This document shows, piece by piece, positions 24,493 through 36,570 of a stretch of 64,000 bases of DNA; position 1 is the first letter of the stretch; the number at the start of each line of letters is the position of its first letter. Origin of the DNA: Camelus ferus. Lineage: Eukaryota. Under the pieces are notes generated by a model. That model was not told the DNA's origin. It did not search any database and saw nothing but the letters and a program-made list of their open reading frames with translations. A program made the translations under genes and the position numbers. The stretch is from NCBI RefSeq assembly GCF_009834535.1, contig NC_045696.1, forward strand, positions 63,056,001 to 63,120,000. The letters are read 5' to 3'.

Positions 24493-25773
24493 TCAGCCCG
24501 AGTGGAGCTCGTCTAGGCTGGCGCAGTCGTTAGAGCCCGACGGGTCTCCAGCGCTGGCAGTGGTGGCGTCCGGGCCCCCGCCTTCGATGGAGCTCTCGCT
24601 GCCGGTACTCTCGCCCGACAGAAGGCGAGTCACCCGCAAGTCGGCCTGTAGGCTGCGCACGTCGTTGCCGAAGCTGAGCTCTCCCAGATCGTTAATAAGC
24701 TGCGACAGTTCGGCCTTCATGTCGGAGGCGCTACCCAGCAGCAGAGGCGGCGGTCCAGCCTCAGGGCCATGGGAGACCCCTCCGCCCCCCAGCGCCTCCT
24801 CGCGGCCACCCTCCAGCGTGTCCAGCAAGTCCCCGCATTCGAAGTGCATGGTCACCACCAGCGCCCGCTGCTCCTCCTCGGCCTCATGCTCAGCCGTGAC
24901 TCCTTCTCTGGCTCGATCCTTCTCCTCCTCCGGGCAGCCCTCGGTGTGCTCCTCTTCCTCTTCCTCCTGCAGCTCCTGCTCCTGCTCCTGCTGTTCGCCA
25001 AGCAGGTCCTCGGTGATGGAGCCGAGCTTGGGCGCGCTGCGGCTGCGCTCCACCGGCGGCTTGTAGCAGCAGGGTCCGTGCAGAAGCAGCTTGCGCAGCG
25101 GCACTAGCGGGATGGTGTGCGCGCCCACCAGCTCCTGCTGCTGGTGACGCGCGTCGTCCCGCCGCTTGAGCCTTTTAAACTCCGCTAGAGCATTGGCAGA
25201 CGTCTGGTAGAGCAGCAGGGCCATAGCCTGCGCCTTCTCGGGCTTGGACACCAGCACCGCGTGGCACCTCAGCATTACCGCCTTGTGCTTGAGCTCGTGC
25301 CGGTACACCCAGGCGAAGACCTTGGGCAGCCGCGCGTCCGCCACGCAGTAGGTAACGCGGTGCAGCAGGTAGAGGTGGCCCGGGCGGCGCAGCGCGCGCT
25401 CCTCGGCGTGCACCATGCGGATACCCTGCGCACTCACAGTCAGCTTCATCTTGGTGCCCTGACGGCCCGCCTCGCTCTTGCTCCAGATCTTGCCCACCGC
25501 TAGGTCGGTGCAGCCGTCGCCGCGCGCCTGGATGGTGGTGGCATTGCCCAAGTAGAGCACAGTGTAAGTGGGGTCCTCACTAGTGATGTGCAGCTTCTTG
25601 CGCTTCGAGCGGAACATGCTGCCCACCCGGCTGAGCGCGCCTTCGGGGCACGCCCGCGCCAGCGAGCTGAGCGCGGAGTAGTGCAGGCTCACCGCGTAGC
25701 CCTTGGGCTTGGACGCCTGCCGTGGCGGCGCCTCGGCCAACAGCTCGAACTTGTGCTTCTTCCACGGCAGCAT
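24493..25773 (-). CDS. FAM43A: FAM43A, intronless CDS, 426 aa, PTB/PID-like domain followed by a Glu-rich low-complexity region
   Basis: The ORF reads MLPWKKHKFELLAEAPPRQASKPKGYAVSLHYSALSSLARACPEG...YTVLYLGNATTIQARG...KVFAWVYRHELKHKAVMLRCHAVLVSK, which I recognise as FAM43A. First ATG at 25773 (context gagATGc), stop TGA at 24493-24495. The ORF track starts 69 nt earlier at a GTG. Neighbouring LSG1 fits the known mammalian synteny. Confidence 0.96.
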   Translation of the reverse strand: MLPWKKHKFELLAEAPPRQASKPKGYAVSLHYSALSSLARACPEGALSRVGSMFRSKRKKLHITSEDPTYTVLYLGNATTIQARGDGCTDLAVGKIWSKSEAGRQGTKMKLTVSAQGIRMVHAEERALRRPGHLYLLHRVTYCVADARLPKVFAWVYRHELKHKAVMLRCHAVLVSKPEKAQAMALLLYQTSANALAEFKRLKRRDDARHQQQELVGAHTIPLVPLRKLLLHGPCCYKPPVERSRSAPKLGSITEDLLGEQQEQEQELQEEEEEEHTEGCPEEEKDRAREGVTAEHEAEEEQRALVVTMHFECGDLLDTLEGGREEALGGGGVSHGPEAGPPPLLLGSASDMKAELSQLINDLGELSFGNDVRSLQADLRVTRLLSGESTGSESSIEGGGPDATTASAGDPSGSNDCASLDELHSG

Positions 25774-26725
25774 CTCCGGAGGGCGCCCCCGCGCAGCTGG
25801 GAGGCGGCGGCCGAGGGCCGGGTGCGAACCCGGCTGAGCCACCCGCCCTGGCCGGGCTCGGCCCGGGCAAGACTGAAAAATAAAACTCTGCTGGGAGTGG
25901 CCCAGTCGGAGGGAGTAGGGGCGGGGGAGTAAGGGGTGTATAGTGCTCCGGAACCCTGCCGAAAGAGGTAGGGGTAGAATTTTAAAAGAGAAGAAAATAT
26001 TTAACTGCTAGAGTAGGAGGTGGGAGAAAAGGCGCACATAGATTTACCCCAGCGTGGGCAGGACGAGGGCAAACAAAATGAGAAAGACAGCGCAAGAGTG
26101 GAGCGGAAAATATCTTTAGAAAAAGAGATGAGCGCGTGCAAATAAATGAGGGAGCCCCAGCAAAAGCAGCCGGGATGGTGCGAGAATACGCAGGAACTCC
26201 TCGGCGAAGATGAAAAGGGCCCTCCTCTCACACTCACACAGTCCCCGGGGATAGGGCCACAAACGGCGGAAACTCAACCGCCGAGTGTGCCCAGGGGCCA
26301 ATGCTCCCCACCTCCAAGGAGTGCTGGAGGCAGAGAGCCCCTCGGCTGAAAGAGTCCCAGAATCAGCTGCTTGCCCCAAGTGCGCTCAGTTGGTGGGTCC
26401 GGCTGGCCGCGGCGGGCCCCGCGCAGCAGTCCCGCCGTGGCTCACTGCATCTTCGCTCCGGCAGGACACCGGGGACTCGGGCTTGGCCGGTTCACGGTCC
26501 AGGCTGGCTCGGCCAGGGCAACGCGAGGCTCCGAGGGCCGGGCGCGCGCATGGTCGGCTCCGGGGACTGTCACTACCTCATTTCTTCCCTCTGGAGGGTG
26601 TCCGACTCCACTCCCGCGATCCCCTCGCTCCGCTGCCCGCCTTTGCAGCGCGCCCCCTCCGGTGTCGCGAGCGGTAGCCACCTCGCCAGCTTCACATCCT
26701 TGCTGTCCGAGAGGAAGATCTCGGG

Positions 26726-26733
26726 TAAATATA
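26726..26733 (-). promoter_or_regulatory. TATA-like element (TATATTTA) of the putative FAM43A core promoter; TSS inferred near 26700
   Basis: Isolated AT-rich octamer in a GC-rich context near the upstream end of the CpG island. The TSS is inferred, not observed. Confidence 0.45.
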
Positions 26734-29700
26734 GGCCGGCGCGAACCATTCGCCGAGCGGGGATAGGGGAGGAGTGGAGAAGAGGATCCGTTTCAGGCTC
26801 CGACGCCCCACGGATTCTTGGTCTCTTAAAGAGATCAGATTGCAGCCACTGGTCTAGGGAAAGAGGAGACCGATTCAATCTGGCAAATACATCCCAAATT
26901 TACCAGCATCTCTTTTATCTACAGAAATCGCCAAGACCTGGGGTTACCCCGCGGGAAAAGCCACTTGAATTCTGATACTCCACCCCCAGGCTGAATTGCA
27001 ACCTCACTGAATAAATGTATGTCTCTATCGAAACTTCTGGGGGAGGTGGTGGAAGGTGGGATTTAAACTATAATTTAATATGCAAAAAGGTTGGAGAAGT
27101 AGTGATTCTTTCCGTGTGTGATAGCTTTCTGAGAATAACTGGGTGCTGTTTTTTTTTTTTCTTTTTCAGAATTTTATTCTATTAAAGAAAATAAAGAAGA
27201 GCAAACACACCCCGAGACTTATCTTTCACTACCTTGGAGCCATTTCTCCACAGGTAAAGAGCAGGAAGTGAAAAGAGAAATGAGTGGTAATAAGACGATT
27301 GGAGGGAACACTGTAGTATATAGTTGATTTTAAAAAGGTGCTTCCAGCTCCGAACCCCCAGTAGTGTCCCCTTCTTGGGTCAGGTCTCAAGGTAGAGCAG
27401 TTTTCTGAGATGTATACAATTTCTAAGTAATGCTTGTGTGTGGTTAGAACTCAGTTTACTTCGCAAGCCAGTCATTCAATTTTATTACAGCATTGTCACA
27501 TTATGGATAAGAATTCCTAGTAAAAATTCAAATGACATTTTTTTATTTGTGTCAAATAATGCCTAGCCACCCACTACCAGGAATGATTAGCACTAATCAT
27601 TCTCTTCTCTTGTGTCAGCTGGACAATGTTGCTTTAATCATCTGACCAGCTTGACCTTTGGCTTGTTAACTCATTTCTGGGCTCTTGGAATAACTGGCTT
27701 GCCTCTGTGGTCTGCTCAGTCAAAGCAAAAACACTTCAAGCTGGAATGTGTGATATGTCCAGATGAGACCCTGCATCAAAGTCTCAGAGTCATGGGTGCT
27801 GAGTTTCAATTTAACTAACTTTCCTGAGTACCTTTGGGTACCAGGCCCTGAGCTGGGAGCAGACCCAATTCCTGTCTCCCAGAAGCTCCCATTCCAATGA
27901 AGGATGTAAACTCCACCCAATGCTGGGCTTCCACTGGAATGTAGATTCTATGAGAGCATCCTATATCCCCCAGGGCCTGATACAAATGGGCACTACTTAA
28001 TTGTTGAATGAATGTATGAAATATGGATGTGAACAAGAAGACAGAGTGGCTAAATGCCCTGAGAAAGACCTAAAGTACTATGAGAAGCTGGAATAAAGGT
28101 TCTTTGTGACTAAGAAAATCAGAGCAGTTTCCACAGAAGTGGTGATGTTTGTAGAACGAAGAGGGTTTTGCCAAGCAGGGAAGAATTAAGGGGCTTTCCA
28201 GATATAGAGAAGAGAAAGATTATAAAATATAAAAATGGATGCAAATGTGCAGTTGAAGATGGCATTTAATGATTGTAACAATGAAATAAGAAAATTTCCT
28301 GATCAAACAAGGAAGTTTCCTGATCAACCTTTCCCCTCTCCTAGTCTCTGAAGGAAAGAATGTCCTTTTGATGGTTGGCTGGCCCCAGAGTGCCATTAGA
28401 CCAGAGCTATAATGCCTTACTCCTCAGCTGCTGATGGGTTAGTGGAGACACTGTATTGGAATGAGCTGACTAGGACTATAATAGGCCATTTAGACTGAGG
28501 TTAATTCTTCTTCTGCTCACATTTCTGGAATATCTTGCAATGGCAATGCAGTAGATGGCATATGCTCCAAACAAACAAACAAAATCTAATAAAAATCACA
28601 TCAAATTAACCTGTGCTGTGACTTTTAGCTGGTCCATAATCTCAAAGTCTAAACTCTACAAAATTTGACGTCATGTTCAAGCAGTTAATATTTCCAAATT
28701 ACTTGGAGGTCCAAGGGTCAGAAGGGTTTGGGGAGGAAGAAAGAGGAGGGACCAGGGATGGGAGCTAGGGCTGGTCTCAGCCTCTGCAAGAGGCACGTGC
28801 TTGGGCTTCATGCAGTGACAGGTGACAGGGAAACTAGTGGACCACAGCAGCAGGGAAGACTCCACTGGTGGGCCAGGCTTATCAGAGGAGCGAGAGTGTC
28901 AGCCCCAGATGCACAGGCCCACAGAGCTGTTCCTGTGGACGGGTTTCTGCCATACCTGGACTACCTTCTTAATAAGACTTCTTTCAACCTGAGGAAGACA
29001 GAAGAGTTTAAGCAAATGTGAACACTCCAGTGTGGGAGTTACACTCTGTCCTTGTACTCAAAGACATGAGAATGGTGGCGGGAGGGGGGTGCGTACCAGG
29101 CTGTCTCCTGGAGTCCTGGGTCTGGGCCAGCCTCTGGGGCCCACCACACCTTGTGGAGAAGCTGGTCACCCCCTTGGAAAGCACACGTTGCAGCTGAGGC
29201 TGCATTCTGTCAACTGGGAAAGCCGGCAGCACCACTGATGAGTCCAGACCACAGATCTGAGATCAGAGCAGTTCCAGAATAGACCTCAGTAAAGTTGGCT
29301 GGAAAGGGCTTAGAAACTGCATGGGACCGCAGACTGACTGCAGTTGTTTTTTATGACACTGCCCCATCTACTGGTGTCAGGAAGGAATGACACTTGGTGA
29401 GATGGTTTCTCGTACAACCAGATAAGCCAGCAGTTAGATACACAGTCAGGTCACAGCTGGAAAGAAACCCAGCGTCTAATGTAACATCTGAGAGTCAGCC
29501 TTTTAGCTCACAGGCAGCTTTCTTACTGGCTGTCTCCTAACTTATTTCTTGCATAATACCCCTCCCCCTTGGCTCCCCTTCCCCCAACATCCTATTGAAT
29601 GAACACTGGCTTCAGAGATGACAGATGATGTATCCAGGACCTTTAAAGTCATTCACCAAATATTTGTTGAGCGTCTACTGTGGATGTGATACAGTTGCTG

Positions 29701-29945
29701 GGGATCCTGTACCAAAGAAGACAGACAGGTCTTTGCCCTCATGGGATTTCTATCCTATGGGGAGGCAGATAATAAGCAAACAAATAACTAATAAAAATCA
29801 GACAGTGATAAATCTCTAAAGAAAAGAAAGCAGTGTTGGGAGTGGAAAGTAGCCAATTTAGACAGCATAGTGAGGGAAGGCATCTCCGGGCAGAAACCTG
29901 GATGAGATGAAGTCAGCCGGGCAAAGATATGACAGGAGAGCTTTC

Positions 29946-30232
29946 CAGCCTGTGCCAGCCAACAGGCTAGTCACTGGCCACATGTGTCTAATGAGCACTT
30001 GAAATGGACTTGGTCCAAATTGAGATGTGATGCAAGCATGAAATCCATTCCGGATTTTAAAGACTTAGTAAGATTTTAAAAATGTAAAATATCTCAATAA
30101 TTTTATGGTAAATTGAAAGATAATATTTTGGCTGTATTAAGTTAATAGAATATATTATTAAAATTAATTGTGCCTGTTTCCTTGTCTTTAATGTGGCTAC
30201 TAAAACATTTCAGACTATACATATGGACAGCT
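29946..30232. mobile_element. MER33-like hAT element inserted in an L2 remnant
   Basis: ccacatgtgtctaatgagcacttgaaatg...aagacttagta...aatgtggctact. Confidence 0.7.
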
Positions 30233-30709
30233 TTGCACTAGGCAAAAGGCACAGCCAATGTGAAGGTCCCAAGGTGGGAATGCCTTCAGCGGATTTGAGG
30301 ACTCCTTCTAGCCCTCTTCTTTCCTGACTCCTATCACATCAGTTATTTAACCTCCTCAAGACCTCCAGGATCTGCATCAGTATTCCTTACAGAGTAAGGA
30401 ATCCCACCCCTAAATCAGAATTTCTGGAGTTGGGGGCTGGGAGTCTACATGCCTAAACTCCTCCATGATTGACCAGATAGTAAAGGTAGAGGAGCCCTGC
30501 CCTAGCCCGCTTCATTTTTCACACTATCAACTTCTCCCTAGCCTCTTACCCTTGCCCTCCTCCCCATCCAAGACCTTGTGGGTGAGCATCAGGTCCACAA
30601 TTCCTGTGCACCACATCCCCCTCATCCCTGGACCACTACCACAGTCTCTGTGCTCTGCTCCTGGAGCTGGACCACTGAGTATAAGCCTTGACACACTCTG
30701 ACCCCTCCT

Positions 30710-31525
30710 ATGAGCAGCAGAATTATGACCCCCCAAAATACATTTATATCCTAATCCCAAGAACCTGTGAATATGTTATAGTACCTGGCAAAGGGGAAGG
30801 GAGGTTGTAGATGGAATTAAGTTTGCTAAACAGCTGACCTTGAGAAGGGAGAATCTCCTAAATTATCCAGACGGGCTTGATGTAATCACCAGGGTCCTTA
30901 AAAGTGAACATGAAGACCTCAAAAACATCACGCTTAAGTGAAAGAGGTAAGACACAAAAGGTCACATACTGTATGAGTCCATGTATATGAACCACCTGGA
31001 ACGGGTGAATCTATAATGAAGAACACAGGTTGCTGGTTTCCAGGGGCTGGAGGGTTGGAGGAAGAGGGAGCAAGTCCTTAATGGGTATGGGCTTTCCTTC
31101 TGGGGTGATGAAAAGGTTTTGGAACTAGATGGAGATGGTGGTTGCACAATATTGTAAACATACTAAATACCACTCAGTTTCTCCCTTTAACAAGGTTACT
31201 TTTATGTTATACAAATCTCACGTCAAATTTTTTGTTAATGAAAAGAGGCAGAAGAGAGGGTCAGAGTGGTATAATGTGAGACGGACTCCACTCTCCCTTG
31301 CTGACATTGAAGATGGAGGAAGGGGCCACGGGCCAAAGGATACCGGCAGCCTCCAGAAGCTGGGAAAGGCACAGACAAATTCTCCCCTGGAATTTCTAAA
31401 CAAATAGGCCCTACCAACACCTTGATTTTTGCTCAGTCGGTCCTGTGATGGACTTCTAACCTCTAAATTGTAAATTTATGTTGCTTTAAGTCAAGTTTGT
31501 GATAATTTGTTACAGCGGGAATACA
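30710..31525 (+). mobile_element. MLT1D-like MaLR LTR interrupted by an L1MB-like 3' end (about 30908-31240)
   Basis: cctaatcccaagaacctgtgaatatgtt...; L1MB ggtttccaggggctgg...ggggtgatgaaaaggttttggaactag; LTR resumes and ends with taatttgttacagc. Confidence 0.75.
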
Positions 31526-31769
31526 CCTTCCATCCAGCTGTCTGTTCCTCTGCCACTCCCCTCGATGAGCACCCTGAATCCTCACCACTTCCCAAAGCCA
31601 CCCACTCCCCATCAGAGCCAAGCAGAGGACCTGGTGTTCCCTAAAAAACAAAACAAAACAACAACAAGAAAAAAACTGAGGTAGTTAGAAAAACATTAAC
31701 TGGATGACAACCCCAGTGAACCCAGTCACTTAGCCACATCAACACCCATTCCCACCTCTTTCCTCTGGG

Positions 31770-32345
31770 CTCAAAAGTGTCTCTCTGCCTGCCCCCCTCA
31801 AATCCATTCTCCACACTGTTACCAAACCACAGAGCTGACCTTGTACTTCTTCCCATTGTAACCACATCGTGGCTTCCCATCAACCACAGGTTACAGCCCC
31901 AGCTTTGAGTACAACACATGAGATTGTCCGAGTCTGACCGCTGTCCACCTCTGCAGCCTCACTAGTCACCTCTCCTGGCCTCATCATTTATTCTCCAGCG
32001 ATAGCCTGTGCTTTTCTGTGCTCGTGAGACTATTTCTTGTCTTCTTGTGGTTGTTTGTGTGGTTCCATCTAACTGGAATGGCTTCCTCCTGCCATGTCCC
32101 TTGGCTGACCCTGACTCATTTTTAAAGAGCCAGCTCGGGTACCATCCTCTCCAGGAACATGTTCCAAGATCTCTTACTCTTCTCCATTGCCCCTTGTGTG
32201 CATCTCCACCTCAGCGCTGTCTTTAACTCTCTGCCTCCCTCACTAGACTCTGAGCAGTGGTTTTATTTAATTCATCTTTCCGTCCTCAGCTCCTAGCACA
32301 AGGCTGGCCACTCCATCAGTATACAATAAATGTTTGTGGGATGGT
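31770..32345. mobile_element. L2 remnant
   Basis: aatccattctccacac...cagtatacaataaatgtttgtgg L2 3' signature. Confidence 0.55.
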
Positions 32346-33444
32346 TGTTAACTGTATGTCTGTTTTCATATATGCACAGACCGGCAGACCTGGAAGGGCC
32401 CTTCAGGATAATCTAGTCAACCCCTCAGTTTTACAGACAGGAAGTTGAAACCCTCAGAGTACACTCCTTTTCCATACAGTTACTTAGGGGCCAAGCCAAG
32501 ATTAGATTCCATGGGGCCTGACTCTCAATTCAGGCACTTTCCTTCAGCTAAACATAAAGACGAAGGCTTTGCAACACATGAATGTGTGGAACACACATTT
32601 TATGTTCTCTCCCTTCGATGAAGGGCTGTGTTTAGGGGCTCAGGGGTTCATTGGGTGGACTGGGCAGAAGCTGCCCTCATCAATCAAACATATGTCTCCT
32701 GGTGAGCTGCCACTCACTGGGCCCCTTGATGAAAAGTCCCCTTGTATTGGCTTTCATGCCACCAAAGAGGTTAAAGGCAAGTGTGACTGTCATGGGATCT
32801 ACACGATGGGACTTTGGTCCCCCTAGTGGTGGAGAGCTCACCCAGGTCCACAAGAGTCTGGTGGCCCACTAGGCTCCTCTGCTCTGCCCAGGAAACCTCG
32901 ACCTCCCTGGGGTTTTCACTCCCAAAACAAGGAGAGCTGTGACAGTTCTTATTTCTCAGGAAATAGTATAAAGAAGCACAAGTAAAGTCAAAAGTGTGTG
33001 GTAATTACTTAGAGATTTTCAAATGGAGGGTAGAGAGGATATGATGCAATGTGCGTTTCAGTTTGTCTCTTGGTTTTGAACTTCTCTGTGGGCCCCTGGG
33101 CCTGACAAATCTTTAGCTAGGCTGTGCAAAGAGCTGGCAAAGTTATCTGCTGTTCAATCACACACTTTAACTGCGCTGGCCTCTCCCCACTGAGTGCTGG
33201 GTGGATGCACATGGTCTCACCCTTCAGGAGGTATAATCCAGTATTCATTGCTTCAGAGGAAGTGCTTCTGGTCTGCTGGAGGGGGTAAAACATAGGGCTA
33301 AATGGGTTTGATCTGAGATAGGGGAGGCTGAGCTTAACAAAGTGTTCTGGGGCCTCAGAGGGAAAAAGACGTTCTAGCTGAACAGGGCAAGACCAGGGAC
33401 CTCTTCCTGGAGGGGGTGGGCTTCAGGCTTTACTGATTGAACCT

Positions 33445-33575
33445 GGTGGGGGTGTATAGCTCAGTGGCAGAGCCCATGCTCAGCATGCATGAGGTCCTGG
33501 GTTCAATCCCCAGTACCTCTATTAAGAGAAAAATGTTTTTTAAAAAGACACTAAAAATATAATTTTTTTAAAAGA
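33445..33575 (+). mobile_element. tRNA-derived SINE (Vic-1-like)
   Basis: gtatagctcagtggcagag...ggtcctgggttcaatccccagtacctc. Confidence 0.85.
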
Positions 33576-36407
33576 GCCTAAAATCAAGACTCTTTAGTTT
33601 CTCCCTATTTATTCTAGTTCAGCTTGCCTTGTGTCTACTCAGAACAATCTTCTCTCCTGTCCCCATGGCAGTCTTTCACATAAATAGAAACGGCCCTCCA
33701 CGCCTTCTCCTGAGACTAGTCACACTTCCTTCACCTTTTCCTCATTCCCTCACCATCCAAGTTGAAATGCTAACATCATTAATGCATTTATTAGAGTGAT
33801 TTAAGGGGAGGGGCCACAGTTAAGAGACAAAAAGTAAAGTCCCAATGGTCAGAAGGCCCTCCCAGTGGGTTAGAGTCTAACTGGCTGTGTTGTTCACGGG
33901 TCCAGCACTGCCTTGAGCTATTCAGCCTTGAACAAATCCCTGTTGCAGGATGATCGATCACTCACTCAGGGGGCAGGGAGTCTGTCCAATGCTGAATCCC
34001 CAGAGCCAAGCGATGAATGAATGAATGAGAAAAACCTGGCACTTTCCATCGGCAGATTTCAGAGCTGGTGATTGTTAATTCTCCTTGAAGCCTTCTTTTC
34101 TTCCCTGAACTTTATTAGGTCTCAATTTCTGCAACTGAATGTTCAGAAAAGTAACAGTGCCCTTTCTCACTTGACTGTTGTGAGGAAAAAAAAAATAATT
34201 TCAAAGTCATCTGTGAATCAAAGACCCCAGATATCCCACAAATAACTACAAAATTTGGGGGGGAATGCATAGGTTCAAACACAGCATATGTAGGATCCTG
34301 TAGCCTCTACCCCAAAACAAGATGTCCTTGACACGTTTCGTTGCCCACGCAATAACTTACACAAGCAAGTAAGCAAGCAATGTTTGATTGAAGTGACTCA
34401 AATTAATCATTTATGATCACCACAGAGAAAGGGCTGCTGAACTGCTGAAACTCGCGTACATGTGCACATCCACCCGCTTCAACAGGGATAAACTGAGAAT
34501 CGCAGATAATCAAAGGGAGTTTCCCCACTGATTCAGTGACACTGCGGAGACTGCCAGACTTCCATTTTCACAACTCTCAGCCTTGTGCAAACTGCTTTAA
34601 TGTGGAAGAAGGTGGTGTAGAAAATGGGAGAGAGGGAGGGGCAGGGCTGCAAGCTTACCTTGGAACAATTTTTCTGCCACCCGACACATTGTTGGCCAAG
34701 GAGTGAAAAGAAAACCAAAACAGAAACCCACCCACTCACTGTTCTCCCTCCCCAGAGAGACGTGGGGCCCATAGGCATAGCAGTGTGGAGTTGGAGAGCA
34801 GAAAACTACTGAAGATTCTTTCCTGGGTGTGGGTTTTTGGGGCTTGAAAAACCATTTGTTGAATCACAGTAAATCAAGTATCATGCAACATCATGAATGA
34901 GGAACACTCCATGTTGCTATTTGGAAGCTGAATATGAGGCTTCCAATCCCCAAATCAGTGCAACCTCCTCCAGCGGTCAGCTATTCAGAGAATCTTGGCT
35001 TCAACAGAAGGTCTCAGCTATGTGGGGAATCAGGAGGACCTGACCAGTCTGACAGATACAAGCCTGATGGATAAGCACTTCCACTGTCATGACCAAGAGA
35101 TGTGGGGAGTTTGGCTGGGTTGTGTTGTTCCCTGAAGTGTGTAGGTGGAACGGCTTCTGCAGTTAGAGGGCGAGGACTGGGCTGACTCATCTTTGCAACC
35201 CCCTCACTCGGGGCAAGCAGCCAGCACCTAGCCCCACCCTTCACCACCACCCTCATCACTTGCCCCTCATCTCACTTTGTCCCTCTGAATCTGGATCCCA
35301 TGATCTTGTCTCATGGGCATCCTCAATCCCCCTTCCTCCTCCTTGCCTTTCTCACTGAGCTAGCCTCATAATCCCTCAAAATGGGCCAAGTGTACATCTG
35401 GATTCTCACCTGCATTGTCCAGTTGTTGGGGAAAAAATTGTTCAGTTGTGAAAATGGGTACCCCACAAAGTACTAGGCAATGATCTTGCAGAATTATCTC
35501 ACTTGCTACCTCTGCAGGACAGGAACTAGTATTATCCACATTAACCAGATAAGAAAACTGAGGCTATCCACATTAACCAGATAAGAAAACTGAGGCTCTG
35601 TTAGTTCTTTTTTAATACTAGATTTGAGGAGCATCTTGCGGGAAATAGAATTATTTATGCTTTACTTATTTGTCAGCAAAGAATGTTGCTCCCATTAAAG
35701 TTTAATCTTACTTCGTCAGTGTCTTTTTGATGCCCCACCCATCCTGATCAAATTATCACTTTTGATTTGGTCAAGATTTTTTGGAGCCCACAAGAAGAAT
35801 GACAATAGAAATCCAAAGTGTCTTCCCTAAATCTCTGAAAGTGACAAAATACCTGGAAAAAGAAATGATGGTGAAGTCCTAAGTTTCTGACTGAGCTCTA
35901 GGAATGAGATGCCAGGTTTCTTTATATCACTAAAATATAAAATTCATTTAATCTTACTTTATGAGTTAGTTTTATCTTTAACCACTCAGCTCCAAGAAAA
36001 TGCCAGAAACTGCTGGCTCATTCTCTTTCATGGGTTTTCTCCATTTCTTACATCTAGAGATTATGTTCAGGTTTGGTTTTTTTTTTTAAGATACACTGTT
36101 TCTAAGTTGAGAAATGGGGAAAACCATGTTCTGATATATTCCTTGGCTAATCTGTGAGCACTGCCTTCCCAAAGCCTTGCCAACTACTACATGGCTTGTC
36201 AGCAATCCTTTGGGTGTTTCCAAAAATTCACTCCAATTCAGTAAGAGTCAGCAGTAGGGTGTAGCACACAGCGTGGCTCTGCAGGGAAACCAGAGCTGGG
36301 TGAGTGATAAAGGTCCCAACTCTACCTGACCCAAACTTGCTGTAACTGACTTTTAGCCAGTCCACTCCAATGCCTTCATCTTCACCAGAATAGAGTGGAC
36401 TTCTCTT

Positions 36408-36570
36408 GCTACTCAGAGTGGCCTGTGGGCCAGACCAGCATCATCAGCATCACCTAGAAATGTGTTATAAGTACGGAGCGCCAGCCCCACCCTACCTTGT
36501 CAATTAGAATCTGCATGTTAGCCAGATTCCCAGAGGCTTGACATGCCCATCCAAGTTGGAGAATAACTGG
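36408..36570. mobile_element. MER5A-like hAT element
   Basis: gaccagcatcatcagcatcacctagaaatgtgtta...agaatctgcatgttag...agttggagaa. Confidence 0.6.

Larger units (their letters stand above)
24150..26960. promoter_or_regulatory. CpG island covering the FAM43A promoter, leader and CDS
   Basis: Very high GC and CpG density relative to the flanks; boundaries approximate. Confidence 0.85.

Noticed and set aside
24410..25066. 218-aa plus-strand ORF antisense to FAM43A
   Set aside because: Ser-rich shadow ORF of a GC-rich coding strand, with no recognisable domain.
25774..25842. 23-aa N-terminal extension of FAM43A from a GTG (ORF track start)
   Set aside because: Artefact of allowing GTG starts: C at -3, and the recognisable protein begins at MLPWKK.
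26285..26975. 130-224-aa plus-strand ORFs in the FAM43A promoter and leader
   Set aside because: Expected from stop-codon depletion in a CpG island; low-complexity Arg/Pro/Gly content.
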